From contig OW818670.1 of the NCBI GenBank assembly GCA_942493215.1, forward strand, positions 153,209 through 217,208: 64,000 bases of DNA, given 5' to 3'. Each line of letters opens with the position of its first letter. The stretch's first letter is position 1. This stretch comes from an uncultured Bacillota bacterium (GTDB lineage Bacteria > Bacillota_I > Bacilli_A > RF39 > UBA660). The position numbers were made by a program, and so were the translations under genes. Of the stretch, positions 19,991-30,379 are shown piece by piece. The notes below the pieces were generated by a model that made no database searches, had not been told where the DNA came from, and saw nothing but the letters and a program-made list of their open reading frames with translations.

Positions 19991-21094
19991 ATGATGAAAA
20001 TGCAAAAAGAAATAATATCCTCTAAACAAGCTACCGCTATTCTTATTATGTTTTTATTTGGTAGTAGTGTTGTTTTAGGTGTTAATTCTGAATTATGTCA
20101 GGATACATGGTTAGCCTTATTTACATCAGTGTTAATGTTTATTCCTCTTATCTTTATTTATTCTAGAGTAATCAAACTCTTTCCCGAAAAAGATATTTTT
20201 ATTATTATTGATAACTTATTTGGTAAATTCTTTGGAAAAATTATTATCGTATTAATTAGTTGGTATGCCCTACACCTAGGATCTCTTGTATTAAGAGATT
20301 TTTCAGAATTCATTCAAGTTGTATCTATGAATGAAACACCAGAAATTATTCTAATGATTGCTATGATTGCCATTATTATTTATCTTGCCAAAAGTGGTAT
20401 TGAAACATTAGGAAGATGGTCTATTACTATTTTCTTTATTATTATTACCTTTGTTATTATTACTTTAATATTTTCAGGTAGCAAACTTGATTTTAATAAC
20501 TTATTACCTATATTTAATCATTCTCCTAAAGAAGTATTAACTTCAGCTTATAGCATTCTTTCTTTCCCCTTTGCCGAAACAGTAGTATTTATTACTCTAG
20601 CTGGAGCCATCAAGAAAAAAGATAGTCCCTATAAAATTTATTTATTTGCTAGCTTAATAGCTTTAATAATTTTTACTATTATTGTAACAAGAAATATGGC
20701 TGTTGCTGGGGCACCGACTATAAAAATAGCTGCATTCCCATCCTACACTTCCGCTCGCTTAATTGGTATAGGTGATTTTTTAACCCGCATTGAAGGTAGT
20801 GTTACCATTAACTTCATTCTAGCCGGTATAACCAAAATAACTGTTTGTCTTATGGCTGCTACCAAAGGAATATCCCACCTATTTAAAATAAATAATTATC
20901 GTACATTAGTAACACCAACCGGCTTATTAATGGTAGCTCTATCTACTATTCTTTATTCTAATATAACCCAAATGTTTAATTTTCTCCCTACTTATTCAAT
21001 ATACGCTATACCATTTCAAATAATTATTCCCATTATAATTTGGATTACCGCCGAAATAAAAAAGAAAAATTATTTAAGACCAATAAAAAACTGA
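19991..21094 (+). CDS. Spore germination protein, GerA family B subunit (APC-superfamily permease-like)
   Basis: 367 aa polytopic membrane protein with GerAB-like features. Confidence 0.82.
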   Translation: MMKMQKEIISSKQATAILIMFLFGSSVVLGVNSELCQDTWLALFTSVLMFIPLIFIYSRVIKLFPEKDIFIIIDNLFGKFFGKIIIVLISWYALHLGSLVLRDFSEFIQVVSMNETPEIILMIAMIAIIIYLAKSGIETLGRWSITIFFIIITFVIITLIFSGSKLDFNNLLPIFNHSPKEVLTSAYSILSFPFAETVVFITLAGAIKKKDSPYKIYLFASLIALIIFTIIVTRNMAVAGAPTIKIAAFPSYTSARLIGIGDFLTRIEGSVTINFILAGITKITVCLMAATKGISHLFKINNYRTLVTPTGLLMVALSTILYSNITQMFNFLPTYSIYAIPFQIIIPIIIWITAEIKKKNYLRPIKN

Positions 21095-21126
21095 TTTTAA
21101 AAAAATCCAGTTTTTTGGTTATCATA

Positions 21127-21372
21127 TTATATAAGTTTATCTATATCCTTTGGTACATTATCATTCATTACCGCCGAAATAATTTTTTCTTCCTTTTCTT
21201 TAGAAACATCTTTACCTGTCATTTTGCTAAGTTCATGTATTACATCTCTTAATGTTTGTTCATTCTTCATATCTGATTGTTGTAATTTATTTGCAAGTTC
21301 AAGAATTGTTTCTTTATTCACACTAGTCCTTTTCTCAATTTTATTAAAAAGATTATCTGAAAAATTAAACAT
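21127..21372 (-). CDS. Stage VI sporulation protein F-like small protein
   Basis: 81 aa. The pattern ILELANKLQQSDMKNEQTLRDVIHELSKMTGKDVSKEKEEKIISAVMNDNVPKD resembles my recollection of the SpoVIF family (KLANxxQxxDLxDExTLRxLIxxL...VxKEKEExIV...P). Confidence 0.45.
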   Translation of the reverse strand: MFNFSDNLFNKIEKRTSVNKETILELANKLQQSDMKNEQTLRDVIHELSKMTGKDVSKEKEEKIISAVMNDNVPKDIDKLI

Positions 21373-21416
21373 AAAAACCCTCCTGCCATATTATATGACA
21401 TTAGGGTTTTTTGTGC

Positions 21417-22730
21417 CTATTCTTCGCCTTTATTTTTAAATTGTATAACAATTGGTGTTCCTTCTAAATCAAAAGCTTCCCGAATCTTATTTTCTAAATA
21501 ACGCTCATAAGAAAAATGTATTAAGCCCTTACTATTAACTTGAATATTAAAGGTTGGAGGTTTAGTTGATACTTGAACGCAGAAATATACTTTAAGTCTC
21601 TTTCCTTTATAACTAGGTGGTAAATTTAAAGCATAGGCATCTTTGATAACATCATTTAATAAGCGGGTACTTATCTCTTTATGATGGTTTTCAGCAACCT
21701 TTAAAACGTTTGGCATCAAAGTATGAATTCTTCTTTTAGTTAATGCTGATAAGAAGACAATTGGGGCATAAGGAATAAATTGAAAATTATTACGAATTTT
21801 CTTTGTGAAATCTTTCATTTCTTGATCTTTATTATCAATCGCATCCCATTTATTAACAACAATTATAACGGCCTTACCTGCTTCAATGGCATAGCCAGCA
21901 ATATGCTTATCATGCTCCATAATCCCCGCAATAGCATCAATTACTACTAAACATACATCCGAACGATCAATAGCTCTTAAAGCCCGTAATAGACTATATT
22001 TTTCAATATTTTCATAGACTTTACCCTTTTTACGCATACCGGCTGTATCAATAATAACATAATCTTGATCATTATAACGAAACTTCATATCAACAGCGTC
22101 TCTTGTTGTACCAGCTGTATCACCAACAATAACTCTTTCTTCATTAACGATAGCGTTAACTAAACTACTTTTTCCAACATTAGGTCGTCCAATAACCGCC
22201 ATTCTAATAAATCCTTCATCATATTCTTCATTAGAAGAAGGATTAAAATCTTTAACAATAAGCTTTAATAAATCATCAATACCAATGTTCTGTTCTCCAC
22301 TAACATTAACATAATCATTAAAACCTAATTCATAGAAATCATAAAGATGATCATTACTTTCTTTACTATCAACTTTATTAATAATAACAATTACTTTTTT
22401 ACTGCACTTTAAAAGCATATCTCGAACAGCAAAATCATTACTATCCAGTCCTACTTTACCATCTACAACAAATAAAATAACATCTGCTTCATTAATGGCT
22501 ATCTCTACTTGAACCTTTATCTCTTCATTAAATAAATCTTTATTAACATCTATTCCACCTGTATCAACTAAATGAAAACTATAATCTTTATAATTAACAT
22601 TACCATAAATACGATCTCTAGTTACACCTGGTGTATCTTCAACAATAGATATTTGTTTTCCCACTAATTTATTAAAAATAGTTGATTTACCTACATTTGG
22701 TTTACCCACTATCGCTACAACTGGTTTACT
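21417..22730 (-). CDS. der: Ribosome-associated GTPase Der/EngA
   Basis: Two tandem G domains (GKPNVGKST, GRPNVGKSS) plus a KH-like C-terminus. The start was moved to ATG 22730, 5 nt after GAGGTGA. The track start at 22742 is a GTG inside the SD. Confidence 0.93.
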   Translation of the reverse strand, partial: SKPVVAIVGKPNVGKSTIFNKLVGKQISIVEDTPGVTRDRIYGNVNYKDYSFHLVDTGGIDVNKDLFNEEIKVQVEIAINEADVILFVVDGKVGLDSNDFAVRDMLLKCSKKVIVIINKVDSKESNDHLYDFYELGFNDYVNVSGEQNIGIDDLLKLIVKDFNPSSNEEYDEGFIRMAVIGRPNVGKSSLVNAIVNEERVIVGDTAGTTRDAVDMKFRYNDQDYVIIDTAGMRKKGKVYENIEKYSLLRALRAIDRSDVCLVVIDAIAGIMEHDKHIAGYAIEAGKAVIIVVNKWDAIDNKDQEMKDFTKKIRNNFQFIPYAPIVFLSALTKRRIHTLMPNVLKVAENHHKEISTRLLNDVIKDAYALNLPPSYKGKRLKVYFCVQVSTKPPTFNIQVNSKGLIHFSYERYLENKIREAFDLEGTPIVIQFKNKGEE

Positions 22731-22802
22731 CATCTTTATCACCTCAACTTGTAATATTATAACACAATAAATAAAAATAATAACAATTTTATATTGTTAT
22801 TA

Positions 22803-23339
22803 TTATACTAAGGTTGTTTTATAATCAATTACCCTTCCATATTTAATAATATCATTAATAATACCACCATATATAACTGTTGTATATTCAATTAATTGCC
22901 CTAATTGATAAGTATTAATACTATCAATAATACGTAAATAAACTTTATTTTTATACTTATATATCTTTAACTTATCGATTATTTTCATATCAATATCACC
23001 TAAATTATCAATCTGATAAAGAAAACAATCACTAGGATCAATTTTAATACACATATCTATTTGTTTACCATAATAATTAAAATATTCATTATCTTCTTTT
23101 TCTAATAAGATTAATCCCCCATAATGAATATCCCGATATACTGTAACATCATAATAGCCAAAAATATCAATCCCATATTTATCTCTTAATTTAACAAATA
23201 AATCACGAAAATATAACTCTAATTTCTCTTTTTCATATAGATTAACATCTTTAGTATATTCTTTATTAATTAATAAAACTAGCCTTTTATCATTAATGAC
23301 ATCGACTTTCATCATATCACCTAAAGTATTGTATGTCAT
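22803..23339 (-). CDS. Hypothetical protein (178 aa)
   Basis: ORF between engB and der. No recognisable motif. Confidence 0.45.
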   Translation of the reverse strand: MTYNTLGDMMKVDVINDKRLVLLINKEYTKDVNLYEKEKLELYFRDLFVKLRDKYGIDIFGYYDVTVYRDIHYGGLILLEKEDNEYFNYYGKQIDMCIKIDPSDCFLYQIDNLGDIDMKIIDKLKIYKYKNKVYLRIIDSINTYQLGQLIEYTTVIYGGIINDIIKYGRVIDYKTTLV

Positions 23340-23359
23340 TAGTAAATGATGTTTCCGTC

Positions 23360-23944
23360 TTATTGCAACATTATATCTAATTTTTCGTAAACTTCTTTAC
23401 GACCTTCTTTAGTTACATTAGAAAATAAAATAAGATCATCACCTGTTAATAAATCTAATCCCTCTAAAACAATACTACGTTGTTTTTGTTGTTGGGTAAC
23501 AGGTACTTTATCTAATTTAGTAGCAACAATCGTTACTGTCTTCTTATAAAATTTTAAATAATTATACATCATTAAATCTTCTTTTGAAGGTTTATGACGA
23601 AAATCAATTAGCATAAAAACATGTTTCAAATTAGGTCGATTCATTAAATAATCTTCCATCATTAAACCAAATTTTTTTTGACGTGCTTTATTTAAAGACG
23701 CATAACCATAACCCGGAGCATCAACTAAATAATAAGCATTATTGACTAAATAGAAATTAATTGTTTGTGTTTTACCAGGCGTAGATGATGTTCTAGCATA
23801 GTTTTTACGATTGATAATCGTATTGATAAAACTACTCTTTCCTACATTAGATCTACCAACCATTAAGAATTCTGGTAATTCATCGGTTGGATATTGACTA
23901 CGTCTTACCGCACTCATTGTTAAATTAACACTTGAAATCTTCAT
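23360..23944 (-). CDS. engB: Ribosome biogenesis GTP-binding protein YsxC/EngB
   Basis: GRSNVGKSSFIN G1 motif and DxPGYG G3 motif. Length 194 aa. Confidence 0.9.
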   Translation of the reverse strand: MKISSVNLTMSAVRRSQYPTDELPEFLMVGRSNVGKSSFINTIINRKNYARTSSTPGKTQTINFYLVNNAYYLVDAPGYGYASLNKARQKKFGLMMEDYLMNRPNLKHVFMLIDFRHKPSKEDLMMYNYLKFYKKTVTIVATKLDKVPVTQQQKQRSIVLEGLDLLTGDDLILFSNVTKEGRKEVYEKLDIMLQ

Positions 23945-24078
23945 AACCTCACCTAACTATATAATAATATATGACTTGTCAGTAACTAACATTATAGCAT
24001 TTATATTAGCCATTGTCAAAGAAGACAAACATTAATGTAAATAAAAAACGGTATCTGTAATAAACCTCATTTAGCCTA

Positions 24079-24714
24079 CTACTTAAATACCTCCTCATAT
24101 ATTATTTCTGTTTTATGAATAGATCCTATTTTTTCTTCTAAAATATTTTTTTTAGCTTCTAAAAATTTATTACGATTTCTTATCAAACTAATAAAATCCT
24201 TTTTATCCTTTAAATTGGTGCTTCCATTATAAGTAATTCTTATAACTAAGGCATCATTATCTACATAATTATTAAGAGAATCATTAAGCATTACAATTTT
24301 AACATTATCTTCAACATAATTTCCATTTATATAATTATTTTTAATAACATTAACAAAGGTAGATTCAACGATCTTAAGAACGGTAGAATCATCAGTCTCT
24401 CCATCATCTAGATAATCCTTTAAAACATTAATATCTTTAATATTAAGTTTTTCAATAAAGAGAAAATTAATAATATGAACATTTAAAAATTTGTTTTTAC
24501 CAAGTTCAAAAAACAAATTACTTTTTTCAAATTCTTCATTTATATTTTGAAAATCGATTTTGCTTTTTAAGTATTGAATAAAAAAACGCATATATAGATT
24601 ATATATTTGATAACAGCAATTACTATCATAGCCATTAATTAAGCCTTTTTCTACTGCCAAATCATGATTATAGTTTTCCTTACTCAACATTAATATAAAA
24701 TCTTTATATTCCAT
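24079..24714 (-). CDS. Hypothetical protein (211 aa)
   Basis: ORF with no recognisable motif, immediately downstream of a putative peptidase gene. Confidence 0.45.
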   Translation of the reverse strand: MEYKDFILMLSKENYNHDLAVEKGLINGYDSNCCYQIYNLYMRFFIQYLKSKIDFQNINEEFEKSNLFFELGKNKFLNVHIINFLFIEKLNIKDINVLKDYLDDGETDDSTVLKIVESTFVNVIKNNYINGNYVEDNVKIVMLNDSLNNYVDNDALVIRITYNGSTNLKDKKDFISLIRNRNKFLEAKKNILEEKIGSIHKTEIIYEEVFK

Positions 24715-24722
24715 ACTATCAC

Positions 24723-26000
24723 CTAATCCACATTAATTTTAACGCCAACAAATTCACTGGACACCAAACCAATTGGAGCCCAACCGACTTTAGCAGATCC
24801 ACCCCACGTTGAAACATGAACACCATCATTATCAACCCCTGTTATATACATTGCATGTCCTTCAGTAAAAGGATTAGTAACAATCAAATTATCAGGGACA
24901 AAGAAGTTGCCATTACGTGGAAAGATTCCTTTAGGATAATACTTATTATATGAGGTCAGTCCATCAATACGCCAGGCGAAAGAGTTAGTTATAAATTGTG
25001 TCCCATCTGCTATTAAAGCCTTATATTTGTCAGTCGAATCAATATCAAAATATAACTGCTTCTTTATGCTTCCAGTTAGTCCATATTGTTTTAAGTAATC
25101 GTCAAAATAGGAAAGCACTATAGATTTTAATCCAATTATTCCTTTAGGACTGGTCATTTTTATAAACTCATTCCCCTTTTCTGACAATGTATGTACGCCA
25201 CTTGTAATACCATTAAAGTCAACTCCAAAAGTGTTTTTACAAGTATATAAAAAATAATCCACTGTCATATATTCATAATTAAAATCTATATTACCATTTT
25301 CATCAACATTATACATTGGATAACCAAACCTATCAAGGAACTCCTTTTCCTTGCCTTCAAATGCCTTAAAAATACAGTTAGTAATAGCAACATATCCACA
25401 GCCTGCTCCTCCTATATTATTGTGATAAATATTTAATAAAGCATCATAATCATTATTACTAACATTTGGATAATACTTATTTATTATAGAAAACATTTTA
25501 TCACCAAAAAGCAACTCAAGTTCATTATCAAGTGAGAAAACATTCTGATCGCCACCATATTGATATCCCCCATAATTGTATTCGCCAAAAATACTTATCG
25601 GATTACCACTTGCATCAAATCCCTTTATTATATTTCCATTTAGATCATATATAAAAGTCATACCATTAATTGAAACAGTATGATAATTTAAATTATCATA
25701 CCCTAAATTATCACTATTATTTAAACAGTCAGTTATTAATTTTTTTTCTAATTCTTCAATACCATCATTATAATTAGTCCACCAACCGCTAATGTTTTTA
25801 TAACCTATATTCAATTTGTCATAATGGTATTTTAACTTTTGAGCAATATTACTAATGTACATATCTGAACAATTATTTAAGTAGCTTGATATAAATGTTT
25901 GATAAGTTATAGAAGTATAATTATTACTTTCACTATCAAAAGATGCTTTATGTTGTTTCAATAATGAAGTATTTATTCTATTTAAATCATAACTAGCCAA
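24723..26000 (-). CDS. Hypothetical protein with a possible papain-fold Cys/His peptidase core
   Basis: 425 aa, Gly/Tyr/Asn-rich. Candidate catalytic Cys in NIGGAGCGYVAITN and a downstream His in TEGHAMYITGVD. Confidence 0.45.
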   Translation of the reverse strand: MASYDLNRINTSLLKQHKASFDSESNNYTSITYQTFISSYLNNCSDMYISNIAQKLKYHYDKLNIGYKNISGWWTNYNDGIEELEKKLITDCLNNSDNLGYDNLNYHTVSINGMTFIYDLNGNIIKGFDASGNPISIFGEYNYGGYQYGGDQNVFSLDNELELLFGDKMFSIINKYYPNVSNNDYDALLNIYHNNIGGAGCGYVAITNCIFKAFEGKEKEFLDRFGYPMYNVDENGNIDFNYEYMTVDYFLYTCKNTFGVDFNGITSGVHTLSEKGNEFIKMTSPKGIIGLKSIVLSYFDDYLKQYGLTGSIKKQLYFDIDSTDKYKALIADGTQFITNSFAWRIDGLTSYNKYYPKGIFPRNGNFFVPDNLIVTNPFTEGHAMYITGVDNDGVHVSTWGGSAKVGWAPIGLVSSEFVGVKINVD

Positions 26001-26100
26001 ACCATCACCTTCTCACTTACAAATACTACTATAGTAATTATCTTAGTATAATTATATCATAACAAGAAAAAGAAACCAAATGGTTTCCTTAATATCTTAA

Positions 26101-26176
26101 TGGCGCCTAATGTAGGACTCGGACCTACGACCTATCGGTTAACAGCCGAGTGCTCTACCAACTGAGCTAATTAGGC
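26101..26176 (-). tRNA. tRNA-Asn (GTT), CCA encoded
   Basis: The reverse complement GCCTAATTAGCTCAGTTGGTAGAGCACTCGGCTGTTAACCGATAGGTCGTAGGTCCGAGTCCTACATTAGGCGCCA folds as a cloverleaf. The anticodon loop is cuGUUaa. Confidence 0.9.
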
Positions 26177-26270
26177 ATTTCGCATTCAAGACTATTTCAT
26201 TATATAATCTTTTTTTAGATTTGGCAATAGTTTTGAATGCATTTTTTTAATTTTTTATAGGAAAATGCTA

Positions 26271-27149
26271 TTATAAATGCTTATCTTCTGGTCTTACTGT
26301 CATTAAATCATTAAAAGCTTCTTCAATGATATTTAAAATCATCTTATCGATCCTATAATTAGCTTCATTTTCAACCATATTCTTATGTAATAAAAAGTAA
26401 TCATATAAATTATTTTTAGTTGTTGGTGAAACATTTTGTAAGCATGACCATAAGTAACACCCTTTTAAAGTAGCTATTCCTATTTTTTTATAATCAGTTA
26501 ATTTGTATGTCAATAACCACGATATTTCTTTTAAAGCTATCTCTGAGGCTGTTAATTCTAAAGCTGCATCATATTTTGGGATGCCTGCCTTCTTTTCCGA
26601 TTGCCATTTTAAATTTATTTTAAAATTATAGTTAAGATAATTATCCTCTACAATAGGATTAGTATAACTACTAATATATTTTAAACGTAAGAATAAATGC
26701 CAAAGATAGGGATTATCCATATTTTTAAAACATTCTTCTGTATATTTTAAAAAATAACAAATAAGATAAGAACGTAATTGAAAAGAAATATATTCTTCTC
26801 TATCCGATGGAACTAACATTCTGGCATTATTAGTAAGCATTCTTATATACAATAAAGATATTGGCTGTTTACAAAGAAGTCTATCTATATCATAATATTT
26901 TACTTGTTGATCAAGATTATTACCAATAAAACTAGTGATATCAGGAAGTCCAGCTTGAAATATAGGGTTATAGCAAAGTTCTAATTTTTCGTATTCCCTT
27001 TTATTTTTGATATCAAAAATATTTTTCTCAACTTCTGGACCATCAATATTATGATCAAGATCCAAATACATTCTTTGATTATAATAATATAAATCAGCGC
27101 ATATAATTTGGCCTATTTCAATTAATTTCTCTATATCAACAACCGCCAT
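26271..27149 (-). CDS. Hypothetical protein (292 aa)
   Basis: ORF with no recognisable motif, next to tRNA-Asn. Confidence 0.45.
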   Translation of the reverse strand: MAVVDIEKLIEIGQIICADLYYYNQRMYLDLDHNIDGPEVEKNIFDIKNKREYEKLELCYNPIFQAGLPDITSFIGNNLDQQVKYYDIDRLLCKQPISLLYIRMLTNNARMLVPSDREEYISFQLRSYLICYFLKYTEECFKNMDNPYLWHLFLRLKYISSYTNPIVEDNYLNYNFKINLKWQSEKKAGIPKYDAALELTASEIALKEISWLLTYKLTDYKKIGIATLKGCYLWSCLQNVSPTTKNNLYDYFLLHKNMVENEANYRIDKMILNIIEEAFNDLMTVRPEDKHL

Positions 27150-27203
27150 AATATCACTTCCTTAAGGAGTTTCTATTATAGCAAAAATTGATTATAAGTC
27201 AAG

Positions 27204-28946
27204 TTATCTTATCTTAATATGAACATCTCTTAATTGTTGTTCTGTTACCATACTAGGACTACCCATCATTAAGTCCTCAGCATTACTATTCATAGGAAAC
27301 GCTATTATTTCTTTTATATTGGTCTGATTACTTAATAACATAATTATGCGATCAATTCCCGGAGCCATTCCCGCATGAGGAGGAGCTCCATATTGGAATG
27401 CTGTATATAAAGATTTAAACTTATTTTTTAATATTTCTTCATCATAACCGGCTATTTCAAAAGCCTTCTTCATGATATCAAGACGATGATTACGAACAGC
27501 TCCACTTGATAACTCAATACCATTGCAAACAATATCATATTGATAGGCTAAGATATCCTCTGGTTTTTTTGTTAATAGTGCTTCCATTCCTCCTTTGGGC
27601 ATACTAAAAGGGTTATGAGTAAAAACATATTTTCCTTCTTCATCACTATATTCATACATTGGAAAATCATCAACAAAACAAAATGCAAATTGATTATGAT
27701 CAATAAGACCAACTTTGTCACCTAAATATATTCTTATTTGACCAGCTAATTTACTAGCTTGTTTATTATCCGCAATAAAGAATATAACACTACCCGCTTT
27801 TAAATCAGTTTTCTTGATAATAGATTCCCGATTTTCATCCGTTAAAAACTTATCAATAGGTCCGGCAAAACTCATATCATCATTTACTTTAAAATACCCA
27901 ATTCCCGGCATCCCTAAATATTTAGCGTATTCGACTATTTCATCAAACCATGCATTAGATTTACTAGCTATATTATCGACTTTAATAGCTTTAACTATAT
28001 TATCTCGAAATGGTTTAAAATCACTATTAATAAATACATCAGTTATATCAATTATTATTAAGGGATTACGTAAATCTGGTTTATCAGTACCATATTTATC
28101 AATAGACTCTTTATATGGAATCCGAGGAAAAGGTTTAGCTGTTACAGTATTCTGACTAAATTTGGTAAATGTCTCATATAAAACATCTTCAGCTACATTA
28201 TAAACATCACTTGATTCGGCAAAAGCCATTTCAAAATCTAATTGATAAAACTCACCAGGAGTCCTATCACTTCGGGCATCTTCGTCTCTAAAACAAGGAG
28301 CTATTTGAAAATAACGGTCAAAACCACTTACCATTAATAATTGTTTGAATATTTGTGGGGCTTGTGGCAGGGCATAAAAAGCTCCATGATGTTTCCTTGA
28401 TGGAACAATAAAGTCACGAGCTCCTTCTGGCGATGATGCCGTTAGAATTGGTGTTTGCATTTCCATAAAGCCTAATTCTTTCATTTTGGTTCTTAAAAAG
28501 TCAATAACTTGTGATCTTAAAATGATATTATCATGTACTTTAGGATTACGTAAATCTAAGAAACGATATTTTAATCTTACTTCTTCATTTACTTCATGAG
28601 AAGTAATAATCTCAAATGGTAAAACATTATTAGCACTCCCTAATACCTCAATACTATCAACTAGCATTTCTAAAGTACCGGTTTTAATTTTAGGATTGTA
28701 ATCATCAATATTACGTTTTCTAATATTTCCATTTACGGTTACAGCGGATTCTTTAGTTAGACCATCAAAAAGATGATCATCATTACTAACTATTTGTAAA
28801 ACACCTGATTCATCACGAATATCGAGGAAGATTATTCCGCCATGATCACGAATATTTTCAATCCACCCCGCAACTCTTACGCGCATTTTTATATCATTAT
28901 CATCTATCTTACCACAATAATGGGTACGATATTTATTACTAGGCAT
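27204..28946 (-). CDS. aspS: Aspartyl-tRNA synthetase, probably non-discriminating given its operon with gatCAB
   Basis: Class II aaRS motifs 1-3 (FRDE, GGGIGIDR-like QAPQ..., GxGxGxDR), an N-terminal OB fold and a GAD insertion. 580 aa. Confidence 0.95.
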   Translation of the reverse strand: MPSNKYRTHYCGKIDDNDIKMRVRVAGWIENIRDHGGIIFLDIRDESGVLQIVSNDDHLFDGLTKESAVTVNGNIRKRNIDDYNPKIKTGTLEMLVDSIEVLGSANNVLPFEIITSHEVNEEVRLKYRFLDLRNPKVHDNIILRSQVIDFLRTKMKELGFMEMQTPILTASSPEGARDFIVPSRKHHGAFYALPQAPQIFKQLLMVSGFDRYFQIAPCFRDEDARSDRTPGEFYQLDFEMAFAESSDVYNVAEDVLYETFTKFSQNTVTAKPFPRIPYKESIDKYGTDKPDLRNPLIIIDITDVFINSDFKPFRDNIVKAIKVDNIASKSNAWFDEIVEYAKYLGMPGIGYFKVNDDMSFAGPIDKFLTDENRESIIKKTDLKAGSVIFFIADNKQASKLAGQIRIYLGDKVGLIDHNQFAFCFVDDFPMYEYSDEEGKYVFTHNPFSMPKGGMEALLTKKPEDILAYQYDIVCNGIELSSGAVRNHRLDIMKKAFEIAGYDEEILKNKFKSLYTAFQYGAPPHAGMAPGIDRIIMLLSNQTNIKEIIAFPMNSNAEDLMMGSPSMVTEQQLRDVHIKIR

Positions 28947-28948
28947 AA

Positions 28949-30379
28949 TTACCTCTTTTCTATTTCTTCTTTCATTAACTTCATCGTTAAATCTGGATTA
29001 GCTTGACCTTTAGTTTCTCGCATAACCTGCCCCACTAAATAGTCAATTATTCTTGTTGCACCACTCTTATATTGAGTTACAACTTCTGGATGTTTATCAA
29101 CAATACTCTTAACAATATCTCTTATTACATCATCATTAGCCATCTGTTTAATATCTTTTTCTTTAACGATTATAAGAGGATCTTTATTAGTGTCTAAAGC
29201 CTCATATAAGACTTCTTTACCCTGCTTTATAGAAATAGTCCCATTACTTACTAAACTAATTAAAGAAGATAGCATTAATGGCGTAAGATAAATATCATTA
29301 ATATTTAAATCATTCTTATGTAAATGACTTAAAATTATACCTGTTATCCAATTAGACGCTAATTTAGGGTCGCTGTTTTTAAGACATTCTTCATAATATA
29401 AAGCAATACTTTTATCTCTTACTAAAATAGTGGCATCATATCTAGATAAACCATATTTATCAATATAGATATTAGCTCGTTCATATGGTAAAACCGGTAT
29501 TTCTTTTCTTATTTCATCTAAAAATTCTTGTTCTATTTTAATAGGAGGAATATTAGGTTCAACATAGTACTTATAATCAACCGCATCGACTTTACTACGC
29601 ATTGGATACGTTTTCATATCTTCAGAATCAAAGCGTCTTGTTTCCTGAATAATCTTACCACCAGACTCTAATATTTCGGTTTGTCTTTTTATTTCATATT
29701 CAATCGCTAATTTAACATTACCAAACGAATTAATGTTTTTCATTTCGACTTTAGTACCTAATACCGTATCTGTATCTTTCATTAAGGAAATATTAACATC
29801 ACTACGCATCTGACCTAAATCACTACGGGCTTCTGACACATCACAATAAAGAAAGATATTACGTAATGACTCTAAAAAAGTAATAGCTTCTTCGGCTGAA
29901 TACATACAGGGTTCCGTAACTATTTCCATTAGAGGAATTCCCGAACGATTATAATCAATTAAAGAATAATTACCGAAATGATCTAAACTAGCCGTATCTT
30001 CTTCTAAATGTAACTGATGAATATCAACTTTCTTATCCATTCCATTAACATTTATCATTAAGTATCCATTCTTGCCCATCGGTTTAGTTACTTGGGTAAT
30101 CTGGTAGCCTTTAGGAAGATCAGGATAAAAATAATTCTTCCGATCAAACATTACAACATCAGGATTATTACAATTTAAAGCGATAGCAGTTTTTAAAGAT
30201 TTTCTAACAGCTTCTTTATTAATAACTGGTAGAATACCTGGTAAACCAATGTCAACTGGTGCCACATTAGTATTAGGATCACTTGAATAACTATTAGTTG
30301 ATGATGAAAAGTTTTTTGACTTTGTTTTTAACTCACAATGGACTTCTAATCCAATAACTACTTTATACATTAGCATCAC
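28949..30379 (-). CDS. gatB: Asp/Glu-tRNA amidotransferase subunit B
   Basis: VIGLEVHCEL N-terminus and GatB/YqeY C-terminal domain. Confidence 0.95.
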   Translation of the reverse strand: MMLMYKVVIGLEVHCELKTKSKNFSSSTNSYSSDPNTNVAPVDIGLPGILPVINKEAVRKSLKTAIALNCNNPDVVMFDRKNYFYPDLPKGYQITQVTKPMGKNGYLMINVNGMDKKVDIHQLHLEEDTASLDHFGNYSLIDYNRSGIPLMEIVTEPCMYSAEEAITFLESLRNIFLYCDVSEARSDLGQMRSDVNISLMKDTDTVLGTKVEMKNINSFGNVKLAIEYEIKRQTEILESGGKIIQETRRFDSEDMKTYPMRSKVDAVDYKYYVEPNIPPIKIEQEFLDEIRKEIPVLPYERANIYIDKYGLSRYDATILVRDKSIALYYEECLKNSDPKLASNWITGIILSHLHKNDLNINDIYLTPLMLSSLISLVSNGTISIKQGKEVLYEALDTNKDPLIIVKEKDIKQMANDDVIRDIVKSIVDKHPEVVTQYKSGATRIIDYLVGQVMRETKGQANPDLTMKLMKEEIEKR

